63,997 nt of DNA, filler included, from Circinaria calcarea (GCA_051942165.1; 25 parts of 25 records of this genome joined end to end with filler, not necessarily neighbours in it), one strand, 5' to 3'; shown: positions 1-13,573, counted from the whole stretch's first letter. Notes: generated by a model from the letters alone, not told the origin. Translations and numbers: made by a program.

Positions 1-996
1 CGGATGAGAAGGAGACCAAACATAATCGTTGTAGAGCATCCGCGCGTAGGATTTGGACACAAGCTTACACGTGGGAGCATGGAAAACCATATAGTCGAAC
101 TTATCCAGGGGTGTGCGAGAATCTGATGAGGCGTGGTCGCCATTCGTATCGCCATTGGTCAACTCCTTCTCCAAAGTAGCTTTCCTAGCATGATACCCTT
201 TGTAGCAAGCGTCTACAGCTTCCATATAACAGTGGACAGAGAAGTGACCATCCACGATGGGGTACTCGGTAGTTAGATCAGGTTTGTAGAAATCATACAC
301 ATGCTGCATGTGTGTACCTCGCATTCCCGGATCGAAGACGAGAGGAGCGTCTGGACCAACTAACATGGCAACGCATCCAACCCCACCAGTAGGACGGGCG
401 TTCCCTTTCTTGTATAGAGCAATATCCCCGGCACAAACAATGGCGTCTCGACCGTCCCAGGCAGATGATTCCACCCAATTTATAGAGTTGAAAAGGGCGT
501 TAGTGCCTCCATAGCAAGCGTTGACAGTGTCGACACCTTCGATGCTGGTATTCCCCGAAGGAGAGAAGAGTTGCATCAGAACCGATTTGCAGGACTTGGA
601 TTTGTCGAGAATCGTTTCGGTACCAACTTCCAGACGCCCAATCGACTTGGGGTTGATCGAGTATTTGCGGAGAAGAGACGAAACCGTGGTCAGAGCCATG
701 GAGTAAATATCTGGGGAATGTTGATACATCAGCCTTGCCAAGTGTGCAATCCAACCATGTCTGACCTTCGCGATCATCGCAAAAGCTCATCTTGGTTTGA
801 CCTAGTCCTATGGTATATTTCCCTTGACTAACGCCATCGAATTTTTCCAGCTCAGCCTGATCAACACACTAGATATGAGTCAGCAAAGCTTTCCAAGAAC
901 CATCCGTATCCTACGTTCCAGGGCGGCCTAGCATACCTGACTCGGAAAGTATATCTCAATGGCTTTGATGCCTATGTTTTGAGGTCTCGACGCCAT
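1..996 (-). CDS. ERG13: Hydroxymethylglutaryl-CoA synthase, 3'-truncated, 2 introns (~869-936, ~710-764)
   Basis: Manual spliced translation gives [68 protein letters not shown]...[17 protein letters not shown]...NACYGGTNA (catalytic Cys motif)...GNARPTGG...FHAPTCKLV. The ORF track shows only part of it. Confidence 0.96.
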
Positions 997-1510
997 GGCT
1001 GGAATTCAGATGCAACGAAACCGTGGCTAAGTTCGAGCAATAGAAGAGGTGGAGGAAAATAGTGCTCGGTATGCTCCACTGCAGCCCGTTGTGTATTTAG
1101 GCAGTAGTGAGAAGGAATCCTTCGAGGCTGAAGCTCAGATACGATGCAAAGATTATAATAAGAGACAAGATACCCCTAGAAGTGGTATATCAGCTCGACT
1201 TCTCTGAGGTATACTCAGATCTTATAAAGGCAACACACTCTCACGTAAGCTTTGACGTCGAATTTTCCGTTCGAATCCTCAATGGGGCCTCGTAATCCTC
1301 GATGACCTTTTGGGTGAGCTCTGCAAAAGCTAAATTCAAGGGTCCAGGGCTTCCTCTGGATATAGCCCCGGGCGCTAACTTTGACAGGATAAGCCTAATC
1401 TAATCTCCATCTCTCGGCTCGGCTCGATTAGACCAAGTGGCAGCAACGGAACGCATGATGACTTTCTGATCTCTATCGTTACTCTATACACATATATCTA
1501 TACGGAATCT

Positions 1511-2462
1511 TCACAATCTCGGAAGGAGCTTCGTCTCCCCTTCCTGCCCATGCTCCCTCTTGCTTCTCGCTTCTTTCATCTTTGAGTCTATATCGGCTTC
1601 ACTGAATGGATCTAGTTTCGTAACCCCGACCTTGATCTCTTTATATGTCTTTGCCTCGAAGAATGTCCCTTTAGTTTCGATTGGTTTTCCTGCCACCACG
1701 TCTTTCATGAATTGAGACAAAGATTCCAAACACATTTTACTACTCTTCACGTGCTCCAATAGCAGGCAAAAGACATGAGGCATAGCATCATACTCTTCCC
1801 ATATAATCTTTCCCCCTTGTTGCGCTATACGCTGGGCAACGACTTTGCCTTCATCAAGCAGCTGTTCGGTCCCGTAAACAGAATATACTGGGCACGTACC
1901 CCTCCAATCTTTCGCCGCCATCGGCGATACAAGGGGATGACATAGCATGGAGGTTTCACAGTAGATATCACCGCGTGGAGGATCCGCTGGCCAGAGAGGA
2001 CATTTTGGAAAGTGCTTAACAAAGTCTTTGGATGGTGGCGGGGGAAGGTAATCATATTGCGCATTGGATATTATTGATGGCATGCAACGAGTGATGTCCA
2101 TCCACCCTGATATTGGCGCAACGCCTGCCGGTAGCGGAACTTCGACATCTCGACCATGAAAACGAATGGTGGGAGTCTTTGACGGGGAAGAACGGCGTAT
2201 CTGAAGTAACAGTTGCAAAAGTGCCATTGAGAGATTCCCGCCTGCCGAATCTCCCGCAAATATGATATGCTTTGCCGGCACGGGCTTGTGGAAGGAACCG
2301 TGCGGGGGGGAAAGTAGATAGAGGTAGGCCATCAAGGCATCAAGAAGTTGGCTCGGAAAAGGATATTGTGGTGCTAATCTATAACGAACGTTAAGGCAAC
2401 GGCCGCCGGTGAGTCTGGCAAGCTTCGAACATGCTAGCCGGTGTGTACACGGATCGCAAAGA
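1511..2462 (-). CDS. Alpha/beta hydrolase (HSL-family lipase/esterase), 5'-truncated last exon
   Basis: YRLAPQYPFP motif upstream of the listed ORF, GDSAGG nucleophile elbow, MPHVF catalytic His region; splice acceptor (cttacag) near 2463. Confidence 0.9.
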
Positions 2463-2484
2463 CTGTAAGGCGTCTGCTTAGCTT

Positions 2485-2584
2485 NNNNNNNNNNNNNNNN
2501 NNNNNNNNNNNNNNNNNNNNNNNNNNNNTTAATTAATTAANNNNNNNNNNNNNNNNNNNNNNNNNNNNNNNNNNNNNNNNNNNN
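2485..2584. other. Artificial contig-joining spacer (first of 24)
   Basis: 44 N + TTAATTAATTAA (stops in all six frames) + 44 N. The same spacer starts at 2485, 5069, 7647, 10224, 12800, 15373, 17945, 20517, 23089, 25658, 28224, 30789, 33352, 35915, 38476, 41037, 43596, 46155, 48713, 51270, 53827, 56383, 58939 and 61494. Confidence 0.99.
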
Positions 2585-3086
2585 CTCTTGCTTAGGGGCC
2601 CACGGCCACGTCCGCTTTCGGATCCGAATATACCTCCTCCTCCCGCTTATGCAAGGGAGAGATAATGATAAATGGATGTAGGTTATTATATATCGAATGT
2701 GTGCTTTCGTTTAGTAAATGATTCCAAAAAATGGATGTAGGTCATGGTATTATCAAAGATTTGCTTCCGTTTAGGTAAATCTTCCATGCAAACAAAGAAA
2801 TTGTCAAACCTTTTAGGTTAGCTCCGCGGGCGCATGTTGTTCCGAGCGCCCACACGCACACATAGATAGATTTCCTCGCTGCATAATATGCAGCATAGCA
2901 GTTACATAGAGCAACCCATACACGTAGTTGCACCACTCTCTCTCTTTCACTTATTAATCGATGTTTATTAGTGACGCCGTAGCTTGACAGAAATCTGTTC
3001 GAGCTGGTACTATATATCCTCAGAATACTCAGGCTGCAGCCCTCGATGGGTAACTGCGTCACTCCGGTAGTGCCCGTTGCAGGCCC

Positions 3087-3090
<4 letters not shown>

Positions 3091-3136
<46 letters not shown>
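3091..3136. repeat. (GA)23 microsatellite
   Basis: Perfect dinucleotide run followed by a short (TG)n. Confidence 0.97.
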
Positions 3137-3140
<4 letters not shown>

Positions 3141-4801
3141 GTGTGTGTTGTACTTGGCGTTTCCACTCGTTTCTTTTTGGAGATTTCCAATCTTGGAGCT
3201 TTCCCACCCGAGTACTTTCCCGGAGCTCAGCTTCCCCCTCTGTCGTACCCACTCATGCCTCGATCGGATTCACCTCGTCCTCCTACCTATCATGGATGGA
3301 TAGCGTTTGGTGCACCTGCAATCCCGGCCCTCGCTACCGTACCAAGGGCTTTTCATGCCACCATGGATCGAGCTTTCGTACTTTCTGGCTGTTCATTCAG
3401 CCTTCCAAAGGCAGTCGAAGAGCAAGCTACGCGGGACAATCGAAGGGTTCTTGAACGAGTTAACGCGGATTGGATACTGGAGATCGGGATCGCTCTTCTC
3501 TGTCCAAGACACCCTTTCCCGCGTCGGAAAGGTTACGATGGCTGGGATGCAGGTGGCCGTGATAGCCAGAGCATCTTCGGGGCTACAAAGCAGAGATGTT
3601 AACTCATCGGAGATTGTATTGCGAATAGGAGAATTGATACTCACCCGGGGCGGATACAATGATCTAGGTTACTGGTTGCTGTAAAGTAGATGAGAACCCC
3701 GGACTTCGCGAGGGCAGAGACACCTGTACTCACAATGAATGGCTGCTCTCATTCTCTCATCGTGCAATAGTGATAGTTTAGCAACGGCGTAAGCGGTGGT
3801 GCTATTATTCGACTTAGTAGATAACCGAGTGCGGTTATATCTGACTTACAAGAAGACTGATCCCATGCAGCAGCAGACGCCAATTTGAAACTTAGAGGAG
3901 ATTGGAACGTTGCGTGAGAAGACAATTGTCAGAAGGTTAGGATTAGTATGTAAATTATAGCTCTGATAACTATAACTAAAGTTAATCATGACAAGCTGAG
4001 ATACGTACGGTCTTGGGACTTACTCTCTTGATAGTATCTGATACGAATTTGCGGGGAGAACAAACAACAGCTACCTGATATAGCGGCCTGATACCAGGTC
4101 GTCTTAGCTGCATCGGGCTGAGAAAGTATAGAAGACGCGGTTGATATTTTAACTATACAACCAAATAAAAAGTAGACATTCCACTTCCATCGCTCATCCA
4201 TATCTTTCATGAAGAAGCGTATCAAAGAAATATAAACAGACGCTATAGTGTGCGCCTACGAGGATAGAAATAGTAGCTCAGATAACAGCTGCCATTCTGT
4301 AGGTTGAGGTCCCTGTACGGATAACCGGTGGTCTAGGTTGTTCACATCCCCACGACCTATGCTGGAGAGTCCCATTCCCAGGAGAGGAAATAACACAGCT
4401 GAATGCTGTCAGTACAAAATAGCAACTTCTGCAGGTAGTGCTCCCACCGTGGCAAACATGATCAAAAATCATCCGAAAACAGTCGCCGAATACCCCTAAT
4501 ACGGACGTTGACTCTCAAGGATACCAACGCAAGTGTGAGAGCACTCATCCCTATCACTCCCGAACCAAATAGAAGGTCTCTGCTCCTAAAGTAAACAGAG
4601 TAGGGGCTGATTTCAGCCATGATAGTTTGCTCGGGAGAATTACCGGATGGCTTGAGATCCTAGTATGGGATGTGCTTCGTGCTCAGACATGAGCCGTGCT
4701 GGTACTGCTAGCTACACCGCTGTTGAAAAGTCGTTCATCTGGCTTTCACAATTCAGGTCTCTTATTCTCAAACTCTGTTCCTTTATCTGGTGTCCGACAA
4801 A

Positions 4802-5068
4802 CTATCTAGCTGCCAATCTCACTCGACAAGGAAGATCCCCACTGGGTTGTGCAAGTTGCACCTGGTACGCTCGCTCACCATCCACCGAGTTGTTGGTTAG
4901 ATCCGATCCCTGCTGGTCAAGTTCTGCATAGGCCGGTTCGAAGTCAAACTCATGCAATGCCATAATCGTGGCGATTTTCATCTCTATCATAGCTAGCTCT
5001 TGTCCGATGCAATTCCGAGGCCCGTACTCGAACGGTCGCCACGTACCTTTGATAGGATAAAGGGGATC
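4802..5068 (-). CDS. Cytochrome P450, C-terminal fragment
   Basis: Frame is open to the contig end: DPLYPIKGTWRPFEYGPRNCIGQELAMIEMK, containing the FxxGxRxCxG heme-ligand motif. Confidence 0.93.
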   Translation of the reverse strand, partial: DPLYPIKGTWRPFEYGPRNCIGQELAMIEMKIATIMALHEFDFEPAYAELDQQGSDLTNNSVDGERAYQVQLAQPSGDLPCRVRLAAR

Positions 5069-7746
5069 NNNNNNNNNNNNNNNNNNNNNNNNNNNNNNNN
5101 NNNNNNNNNNNNTTAATTAATTAANNNNNNNNNNNNNNNNNNNNNNNNNNNNNNNNNNNNNNNNNNNNCTGGCTGCGTAGTAAGAGAGATTCCATCTACC
5201 AATGCAATAATACCACGTGCAGCTGGGATGCAGGACCGCCAATCAAGGGGACGGGTGCTAAGGACGTCTCGAATGTTTGATATCTCCGTCTCCCATGATA
5301 CGATGTGTATGCTTGATATTCCGTCCATCGTTGTATTTTATGGATGAATGTTGTGGTGTGATGGTGGCTTTATGTAGTTTTTTGGGTCGGGATACCTGTT
5401 CCAAGACCTTCTTCATGGCGGGACATCGGCATGGTACCAGCGAAGTGGCGAGAGTAGTTTCCCGTCAATCCACGATGGCTGCATCATAACACGGAAAGAG
5501 CCGCGGTGCAGGATAGTCATGGAGCCTTGAAAGCCAGTTGCACACAAGGCACAGCCATATACTAGACACATTAAAGGATTTAAAAGCTAGGCTAAGCATA
5601 GCTTAAACTGGTTGCGATCAGGCATAGTTAGAAAGACATGCTTGAACAAGAGATCTGTAAGTGGCTAATATAAAATCGCCACATCAGAACAACCTCTAGA
5701 ACTAGAGAAAATCAAAAGAAGAAGAACCAGTAAGAAGAGCACCATGATGCGTCATAAACCGCGCGGTGACAAGGTCGTTGGTGTGACCAATGATAGATTA
5801 ATCCAAGTGCACCCTCAGCCACGGTGTCGGGCTACCTTAGCCGTGAGCGGTGAAACTTACTCCTTGCCTTATCATAGAAGCTTCACGAGCTCGATGAGCA
5901 CCCGGGTTCCCGGTAATCCCCTGCATGTTGAAGAGCTTGTAGGTCCAGTGGTCCGACTTAAGGATTTTCCGATACTTGATCAGGTAAGAAGTCTCCGAGG
6001 TTGGACGTATAGATGTGCTCCTCGTCATTCAAGGGCTGCAAACCCATGCTAAGTATATAGAGCCCAGAAGGTCCAGGAGGATATGGCGGCATCTTATTAG
6101 CCGTCGGTTAGAATCATCCCACAATACACACCGCCCTTCGGAGGGAGCTCCGCCCGCGAGCCGGCTGCTCCATAGCTATTAATATGGAGAAGATGGGGGC
6201 AGAAAGAGAAGCGCATGAGTAGACAGTTAACCAAAGGAAGGCTCAGCCAGGAAAGCTGTAAAGCCGGCAAGGGAGCTCCTACGGGGAATATCTTTTGGCA
6301 GCAAACGACGGTGACAAAGCTAAGCTGAGCAAAGCTGAACGTAGCCGTAGCAGTTTCGGACATAGCGCGTAAAGAAAGGCCGAGAATTGAAGGAAACAGA
6401 GCAGCCTACCCATACCTGTCCCCTAGGTTATGGCGAAAGGGAAGCAGATCGTGCAGTCGCCACTGTCATAAAAGTCGGTTGGTAAGCCACCATCGTACCC
6501 CTGGATTGGGCTCACATCTGTAAGACGGCCAGGTAGAATATTTTTGACAGCTCCTAGATCAAGCTGACATCCCATGGTATCCGGGTGAGTATGGCAGAGA
6601 GGATGCAGGTCGGGCATTCAAGGGAGGGCGAATGCACAAAGTGCCGTCCGTATCCGTTGCACTGATGTGTTGATAGCTGAGTAGAGGGATTATTTGGAAG
6701 CGGACTGCAGTTATCTCGGACGCGAAGTCACTGTGATGCCGATGTATTCCCCTACAAGGCATAAGGCAGGAAGGAGGCTGTCAAGGGGGTTCGGAGATCA
6801 TCCTGTGCGTCATTTTCATTGTACAGTAATCAAGAGCACGCACCCACCAGCACCCCCGCACGTGGCTTTCAGTAGATCTAGGCATGTTTAAGATTAGCTC
6901 ATCTCCGCTGGACGCGTGCCCTGTTGGATCCACGATATAGATACGGAGTACTCGGTACGCTCATCAAAAGATGATACTCCTCTGACACGACCACACGACT
7001 CTTTTTGCTCTCAGAGCTGCGCATGAGGCAGAGCGGTACGGGTTCATGTCGACGCAGTTTTGTCGCCGTTTGATTGTTTCGCGCCGTTTGCTTGTGCTTT
7101 CAACACTTTGGTGAGGCTTAGCAAACATCTCGACCAACACTATGTGACAGCACGCGCTACGGTCAGAAGCGATGGAAAGTGTCATTTTTCAGGATACCCC
7201 TTTGGCGGAATACCTCCAAGGTATAACAATCCTTAATATTCCATGCTACTGAGATCATTCACCCTAAAGTGATGCGCAGGAGAGGGCAACGCAGAACATG
7301 AATGGGCACCGGCAAATTCAGCCAAAGAACCATCTTCGCCGGCATCCGTACCCTTTGCTCCTATAGGACTACCTGCACCACACTCCAAATTCCGAAGGAA
7401 ACTACCAAGTGCGCTCAAACTGGAGGTACCTTCGTCGAGGGGCGTCGTGGCCCGACTCCACCACACTTGCTCGGTACAGTTGTCTTTTCACCACCTCGCA
7501 TGCACAAGCTAACATCCATGGGCCACTAGAGGGCAATTAATTCTCGGCTCGGCCGAAGTGAAAATGCTCATTTTCTTGAAAAGTTCAGATATACAATCGT
7601 GGCCTCTCAGCTGCTGAGTGGTCATGCCAATCCAGCCTCATACAATNNNNNNNNNNNNNNNNNNNNNNNNNNNNNNNNNNNNNNNNNNNNTTAATTAATT
7701 AANNNNNNNNNNNNNNNNNNNNNNNNNNNNNNNNNNNNNNNNNNNN

Positions 7747-8450
7747 GTCGTGAGAGAACTCGATGGTCCTATCCTGGGGCTAACTGAGGTATATCAAACG
7801 ATGATGGTGTGGGTTATTCTTTGGCTAATGAAGATATACAGCTGTATAATAATTACGCCGACCAGGCCGGCTATTTCGATTTGTGCATCCTAATTTACCA
7901 AGCCGCCGATCATCGCAATCCCACGGACATTAGGGCTACATGGCAGAATCTTTTAGAACGCACCCACGAATCGACGGTAGAACGTGGCGAACCTCAACCG
8001 TACGAGGCGGTCATCGAGTCCATCCGGAGTCTTGGAAGTCGACTTAACCTATCCGGTCCCACCTTCCCGGTCTCGGACCTTATTCCCATGCTCGAGAGGT
8101 ATGCGTTTGAGCATCAACGTGGGTTGGGTCCTCCGACGTGGGTTATAGACACCTTCCTGGATCTGGGGGTGCCGTACGAATCAATCTGGCCTGTGCTGGG
8201 AACCTTGTTCTACAATGACGAAGCACCTTTCCATGGCCGAAATCGACGGTATATCGCCAATGATGTTTTGTATGTCGCTCAACGGTGGTTCCATGATAGC
8301 AGTCGCGGAACCGATCACCTGTTTGGAGGAGAGCCCAACGCGTCTGAAGTACTGGAAATGCTGACGGTTCTGGAGCGGACTGCGCTGGACCAGGAGAAAG
8401 CACAGGAGAGTCAGGTGCTTAGGATGAGAATAGATCAATTGTTGCGATAA
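7747..8450 (+). CDS. Nucleoporin Nup157/Nup170 (Nup155 family), C-terminal fragment, intron ~7789-7841
   Basis: ELDGPILGLTE-LYNNYADQAGYFDLCILIYQAADHRN...IRATWQNLL...PYEAV matches the fungal Nup170 C-terminus as I recall it. Confidence 0.85.
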
Positions 8451-8900
8451 GGAAAGGACTTTGGTATGGGATGGTGTCTTTGAAATTACAAAAGCTGAGC
8501 GTTGTTCTGGATTCCCTGCCGGCAGGTCATGTAAAGCGAGGTGTGCATTAGAGCAAGGAGTTCTTCGGGCGTGCCTGATAGGTCTAAAACATTGTATCCA
8601 TGTATATATCTAGCCCCGCAGACCTTTGACGCGCTGGCGGTTCATCTTGCGCAATCCGTGCCTACTGGTCAAGCAGGATAGGATGTAATAGATTGATTTA
8701 TTTTTCCTTTGCTGTCGCCCTCATCACATACCGGGCCGTAGAGACGTTGTGAAGATCAATCTCGGGACGACATACCCCCGGCAGTAGTTCACTCATCCTG
8801 TCCCAAATAAGGCTAGGAGACCCCAAGTAACTGATATAATCATAACCTTCCATTATAAAAGGTCTACTCTCTCCCACCCTTTTCCATTCCCCCCGGTGTC

Positions 8901-9787
8901 ATGGACAAGATGGCGAAAAAGCCCAGGCATGGTAAGTTGGCATCAAGCATCTGGAACAGGAAACGCGACTTGATCTACCTGACGTTCTTCATCGTCCATA
9001 TCTTTGTCATGTTCCGTACGTTTCCCTCAATCTTTTTTTTTGGAAACCCCCCCCATTCCCCCGGGGGGAATTCTGTTCCCCGCGTCATTTGGGGTCCAGG
9101 TTCGGGGAGTTCATGACTGAAGTCGAACCACAGTGGTCGACCTCACGCCGATATACCCGGCGGCGGTGAAGCCTCGGTTCCTCACCACCCTGCGCACGTG
9201 GTACATCACTACATACCGAGATCAGTTCTTCACCAGTCCGCCGGCCTGGTTCAATGCCTACATGTGGATGGAGGCCCTCTATCACTTACCGCTGAGCGTG
9301 TGGGCGATCGGCGCTCTGCTTCGAAGTCAGTCACCCCCGCCCCTCGTAGAAGACGAGCGGGGACTTTTCCATTGGGGGGAACAGCCCGAGGGCATTTGCT
9401 GTTGGTATTGAACTGACAGCTCTTGACGCGCCTCCCCCTAGATGACTCACTCGTGCCACTACATCTACTGGTCTATGCCGTCCAGACGGCAGTCACAACC
9501 ATCACCTGCATCGCCGGTCAGTTTCATCCTCGATTGTCTTCTTTTTTCTTTGCTCCCCGGAAAAAGCCAGGCTGAATTATATCTCGCAGATTACCTCTCC
9601 TGGAACGTGTCCGACGCCGAGAAAATTAGCCTGGGAAAGCTCTATGTGCCCTACTTGGCCTTGTGTAGGTGGATTGAGCGATCTGGAATGGACTGGTCAC
9701 GCTCAGACTAACGGAATCCGTGCTCTAGCGGTTTTTATGGGGGCAGACATGTTTGGCCGTCTGCAAGACCGGCTTCTGGATCTTTAG
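8901..9787 (+). CDS. TMEM97/EXPERA-domain membrane protein, ~4 introns
   Basis: Spliced translation KRDLIYLTFFIVHIFVMF-VDLTPIYP...YRDQFFTSPPAWF...MEALYHLPLSVW...LHLLVYAVQTAVTTITCIA...YVPYLAL; GT-AG introns with branch sites. Confidence 0.85.
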
Positions 9788-10323
9788 ATCTCGGTGCTCA
9801 TGTCGCGTAAGTGTGGTTTATCATTCGGATTGGCGGCCCCCGTGAAGGTTCTGGAGATACAATCACCGCTGACGCTGCCCTTTGCAGTCCAGCATTGTCT
9901 TTAAGCTAGCGGCGCCTTGTACCCGATCCTACGAGGACCAAGTAAGAGGGTGTACCAGTGAAAACCCTATCTGGACAAATGAATAGGGTTGTAGGATTCC
10001 AGTAAATTCTTTTGCCCAAAAAAAAGATAACGGGCTAGTTAGCGAGGATGGGAAATCTTCCCTTCCCAGAAAATACCTCCCTCCACCCAATTCCAACCCA
10101 CATATTATTCCCTTTCTCCTTTCCCACTTCGCCCTACCTTATCTTTCTATCCCCAAAATAGTATAACCTCGATGCTATAATACAATACGGGTAGAACCAT
10201 CTCTCCCCCTCTCCCCTTCTCCCNNNNNNNNNNNNNNNNNNNNNNNNNNNNNNNNNNNNNNNNNNNNTTAATTAATTAANNNNNNNNNNNNNNNNNNNNN
10301 NNNNNNNNNNNNNNNNNNNNNNN

Positions 10324-10599
10324 ATTGACGCCGATGGTCTTCACCGCGTACGTGTTGCCGTATCGGGAAAAGCGTGGCACAGTTCCTTCCAAGTATGATT
10401 TGCTCCGCATATCTTGATAGCCCTTGATGAGAAGGCCTATACCGAGGAAGGACTCTTTGTGAGACAGATGAGGTACCGGCTGACAGCCATTAGCCCGGCT
10501 GACCCGGCGCCGCCTTATGTACCGTAGGAGGCTTGTAGTTAGATAGTAGAGAAACAACGAAGAACAGACAGCAATGAAACTTGGAACGGAAGCATTCAT
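10324..10599 (-). CDS. Cytochrome P450 (CYP52-clan-like), N-terminal fragment
   Basis: Hydrophobic anchor, basic RRRR stop-transfer, NGCQPVP, FLGI and RYGNTY pattern typical of alkane-hydroxylase-like P450 N-termini. Confidence 0.75.
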
Positions 10600-12239
10600 A
10601 TCGAACAGCGATCGCATCGATCTATCAATATGAGACCGCAAACGTATGCTTACCCTTATCTGATCTGGCACGTCCCAACCATCAAAGTGGGAGCAAAAGG
10701 GTATGGAGCTTTAGAAGGGAGGAGTAGGCAGTCGGAGACAGCTAAGTAGGTTGGGATACGAGAGGTGAAATGGCTCAACACCCTCTCCATACTAGACCGG
10801 GCCCTTTCTCGGTAGATGCTTCCATCTGTGGTCCTCCTTCAGCATGACTACTGCAGGGTAGAAGACGTGTGACTGGCAAATCTTCACGAAGATCCAAATG
10901 CAAGGAACACAGTCGTGACCACCTGGACCCTGTCCTCACCCAATCAACAACCATCCGAATCGAGGAATGGCAAACTCTCCGTCTCCCCTCGTCCAGCACA
11001 TGAGCGTCTTCGTCTGCGCCGAGCACAAGAGATGAATTGGCCCTCCGACTTGATACCCGTCAAGAGGGGAAAAGCAAAGGCATCCGAGAGCATTGATCCT
11101 TCAAAATTAGAAAGCAGTTGGGATACCTGTAAACATAGTCCCTTGGGTGCCCAGAACACTCGGCTGCCTGCATCTCTCCAGTAGGGCCAAAGAGTACCGC
11201 AGAAATGAGGGTACACGGTACACGTGGCCATTTTGCATCGGGCTGTTGATATCTCCACCTCCACCTGCATATGAGGCATGCATCTTGCTTGGGCAATTCC
11301 CGAGTGACGACTGTGACCCGGGAGCCTTTGGATTATCCGTGGATGCTCTTGACATGTGCTGATCCTTTGACCGTCGTGTTTACCAGGCCAGCTCGAGTCT
11401 AGACGGGTCGTGTGATGAGCCATCCGGACAGCCTCGCCGCTCCTCTGACCTGCTCCCCCGACCTGCTCCAGCGTCACTGACAGCTCCAAAAAGAAATAGT
11501 GCATCGGGGTTGGCATCGCCCCGGATTTTTGGCATGTGAAACGGGCCCTGATATCCCCACCACGCTACTGTGCTGCGGTATATACATCGATAGCGCCGCT
11601 TATGCAATGAAAACAAGTGCTGCTTGCAGCTGTGGAAAGAGCTTAATTGCCACGCACACAGGGAGCTACTGTACCGCGGGAGATGGGGCGGGGTTCCGCT
11701 GTCTGATATCTGATTGGAATTGTGGGTGAACGGCTACGGTGTTGGGGCTGACGTAAGCCGACCAGTATTTTAGCCAACTCTCTTGCTCTTACCTAGTTAC
11801 ATGAACATGCAGAAATTCTATGAACCTTGAACGTTGTGCATTGCAGGAATACAACGGATGGTAAAAATAGCTGCCCGAGACTAGCGTACGAGGTAATGCC
11901 CATGAGCGTTTGGAGAGATATTACGGCGTTGATGTCGATGGCAGACACAGCGCGGCGGTCGTCACGTCGATATGTATTGTCATAGAACTATTGCCACGTC
12001 ACAACTAGGTGCTGAATCCATTCTGCGAGAATTGAGAATACATTGTGGCAGAGTTGTAGGAATCGTCTGTAAAATAGCTATATACGAGACAGATAATCCG
12101 AAGCATACCATAACGCCTCCACTTTAAATGTTCACAACTGTAGGCTGACCGATCGGGTGTCGGTATGCTTCGTTATAAATGGTTTGGGTGGTAAAACAAC
12201 CAAGAAAACGGCACGGATACCATGGCCTAGGCGAGGTGG

Positions 12240-12799
12240 TTAGACGTTGCCTCGTGCTCGGGTCGAGGACCGAGAGAATATGGCCTTTCGGACATAGCTG
12301 ACAAGGAGGTTGTCAAGGATGATAACTGTTGAGACCATGTTAGTTGACTTCACGTGTTCAAAGAAGAGCGCAAGGCTTACCGAGACCATAGGTGAATACC
12401 ACGGTTGGCAACATCCACGCAGACCCGAAATAGTGTGTAAACCGATCTTGGCGTTTTGACTCCTCCTTTTCCAATGAAACGTACATGGTAGACAACAGGG
12501 CAAGCCCAAGGCCGACAAGGACTCTCAGTCCGATGGAGAGAAACTCACCTCGTGACTTGCGGCGCTTTCCCAGCCAGAACAAAGAAGCTAGAAGAATCAA
12601 GGCGAGGCCGGCTCCGATAAAGAAGTAAAGGTAGACAGTCGTAAAAACATTGAATATCGCATCCAGCTCTTCAGCTTTGTCTCCCGTCTTCTTAGCCTCC
12701 TTTGGAACTTCAGTTCCGAAGTTCTGAGCGATGTAAGAGATCCCGCTGCTAAAAATCTGAAGGACAGCATTGTCGGCCGCGTTGGATGCCTCGTCCGTG
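12240..12799 (-). CDS. Multi-pass membrane protein C-terminus, possibly fungal LtrA-domain family; intron-containing
   Basis: FTTVYLYFFIGAGLALILLASLFWL...WMLPTVVFTYGL-VIILDNLL hydrophobic segments separated by GT-AG introns; family is recalled from memory only. Confidence 0.55.
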
Positions 12800-12899
12800 N
12801 NNNNNNNNNNNNNNNNNNNNNNNNNNNNNNNNNNNNNNNNNNNTTAATTAATTAANNNNNNNNNNNNNNNNNNNNNNNNNNNNNNNNNNNNNNNNNNNN

Positions 12900-13222
12900 A
12901 TTCATCCACTACTAGTCCCAAAGCTCTAGCGTCGAGTCTCTGAGGTGAGGGTTCTTCCCCAAGGTAGTGTAGTGTAGTGTAGTGTAACGTAGTCTTGTAG
13001 AGCTGTATGTACCATGGTAATTGTAAGAGAAGAGAAGAGAAGAGACGAGAAGCATTGAGATTAAGCGTGGCGGAGGGAGACCCCCATTTAGTCTTTATCA
13101 GAAACTCCCAATACGAGCACTATTCACCTATTCATTCATCCATCCACTACTAGTCCCAAAACTCTAGCGTCAAGTCACTATGGTGGGGGGTTCTCCCCAA
13201 GGTAGTGTAGTGTAGTGTTGTA
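12900..13222. repeat. Two diverged ~90-bp direct repeats (12900-12986, ~13135-13222), each ending in (GTAGT)n
   Basis: Both copies read CATCCACTACTAGTCCCAAA.CTCTAGCGTC.AGTC...CCCCAAGGTAGTGTAGTGTAGTGT. Confidence 0.85.
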
Positions 13223-13573
13223 GACTTTTTTAAATCAGAACCCTCGGATCCTTTTTTCAACTGCAATCAGCCCGCTCTTTGAAAAATCTCAACCGGAACC
13301 GATCAGGCACCGCCCTATATATGAAATGCTAAACTATTATGTTCCTGACTGCCTCCTGCCGCTTACTTCCCAGTGTTCCAAACCGGGTACTTCGGGAGTT
13401 TATATCTATATATATATGAGGGGTTTGAGCGTGGGTTACTCTCTCGTATAAAGGCATGGTTGTCTTTTTTTCTTTACTTTTGATGCCCCCGAGTTTCGAT
13501 TATTTAATACACTGTTTGAAATCTGCCCCCCTGGGCTTTAAGTTTAAATCGGAATTCAATGTCGAGCTAATGG

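Noticed and set aside
1..2462. ERG13 plus esterase as a sterol gene cluster
   Set aside because: The adjacency is real, but the esterase substrate cannot be inferred from sequence.
3010..3684. Overlapping ORFs including RERERE and SLSLSL peptides
   Set aside because: Partly derived from the microsatellite; no recognisable protein in any frame.
5169..7646. Short ORFs in contig 3
   Set aside because: No motifs or consistent exon structure recognised; left unannotated.
12900..13222. 5S rRNA or hammerhead ribozyme in the duplicated module
   Set aside because: Only a ~10-nt GACTAGTAGT match to 5S-like sequence, and no CTGANGA...GAAA core with flanking stems.
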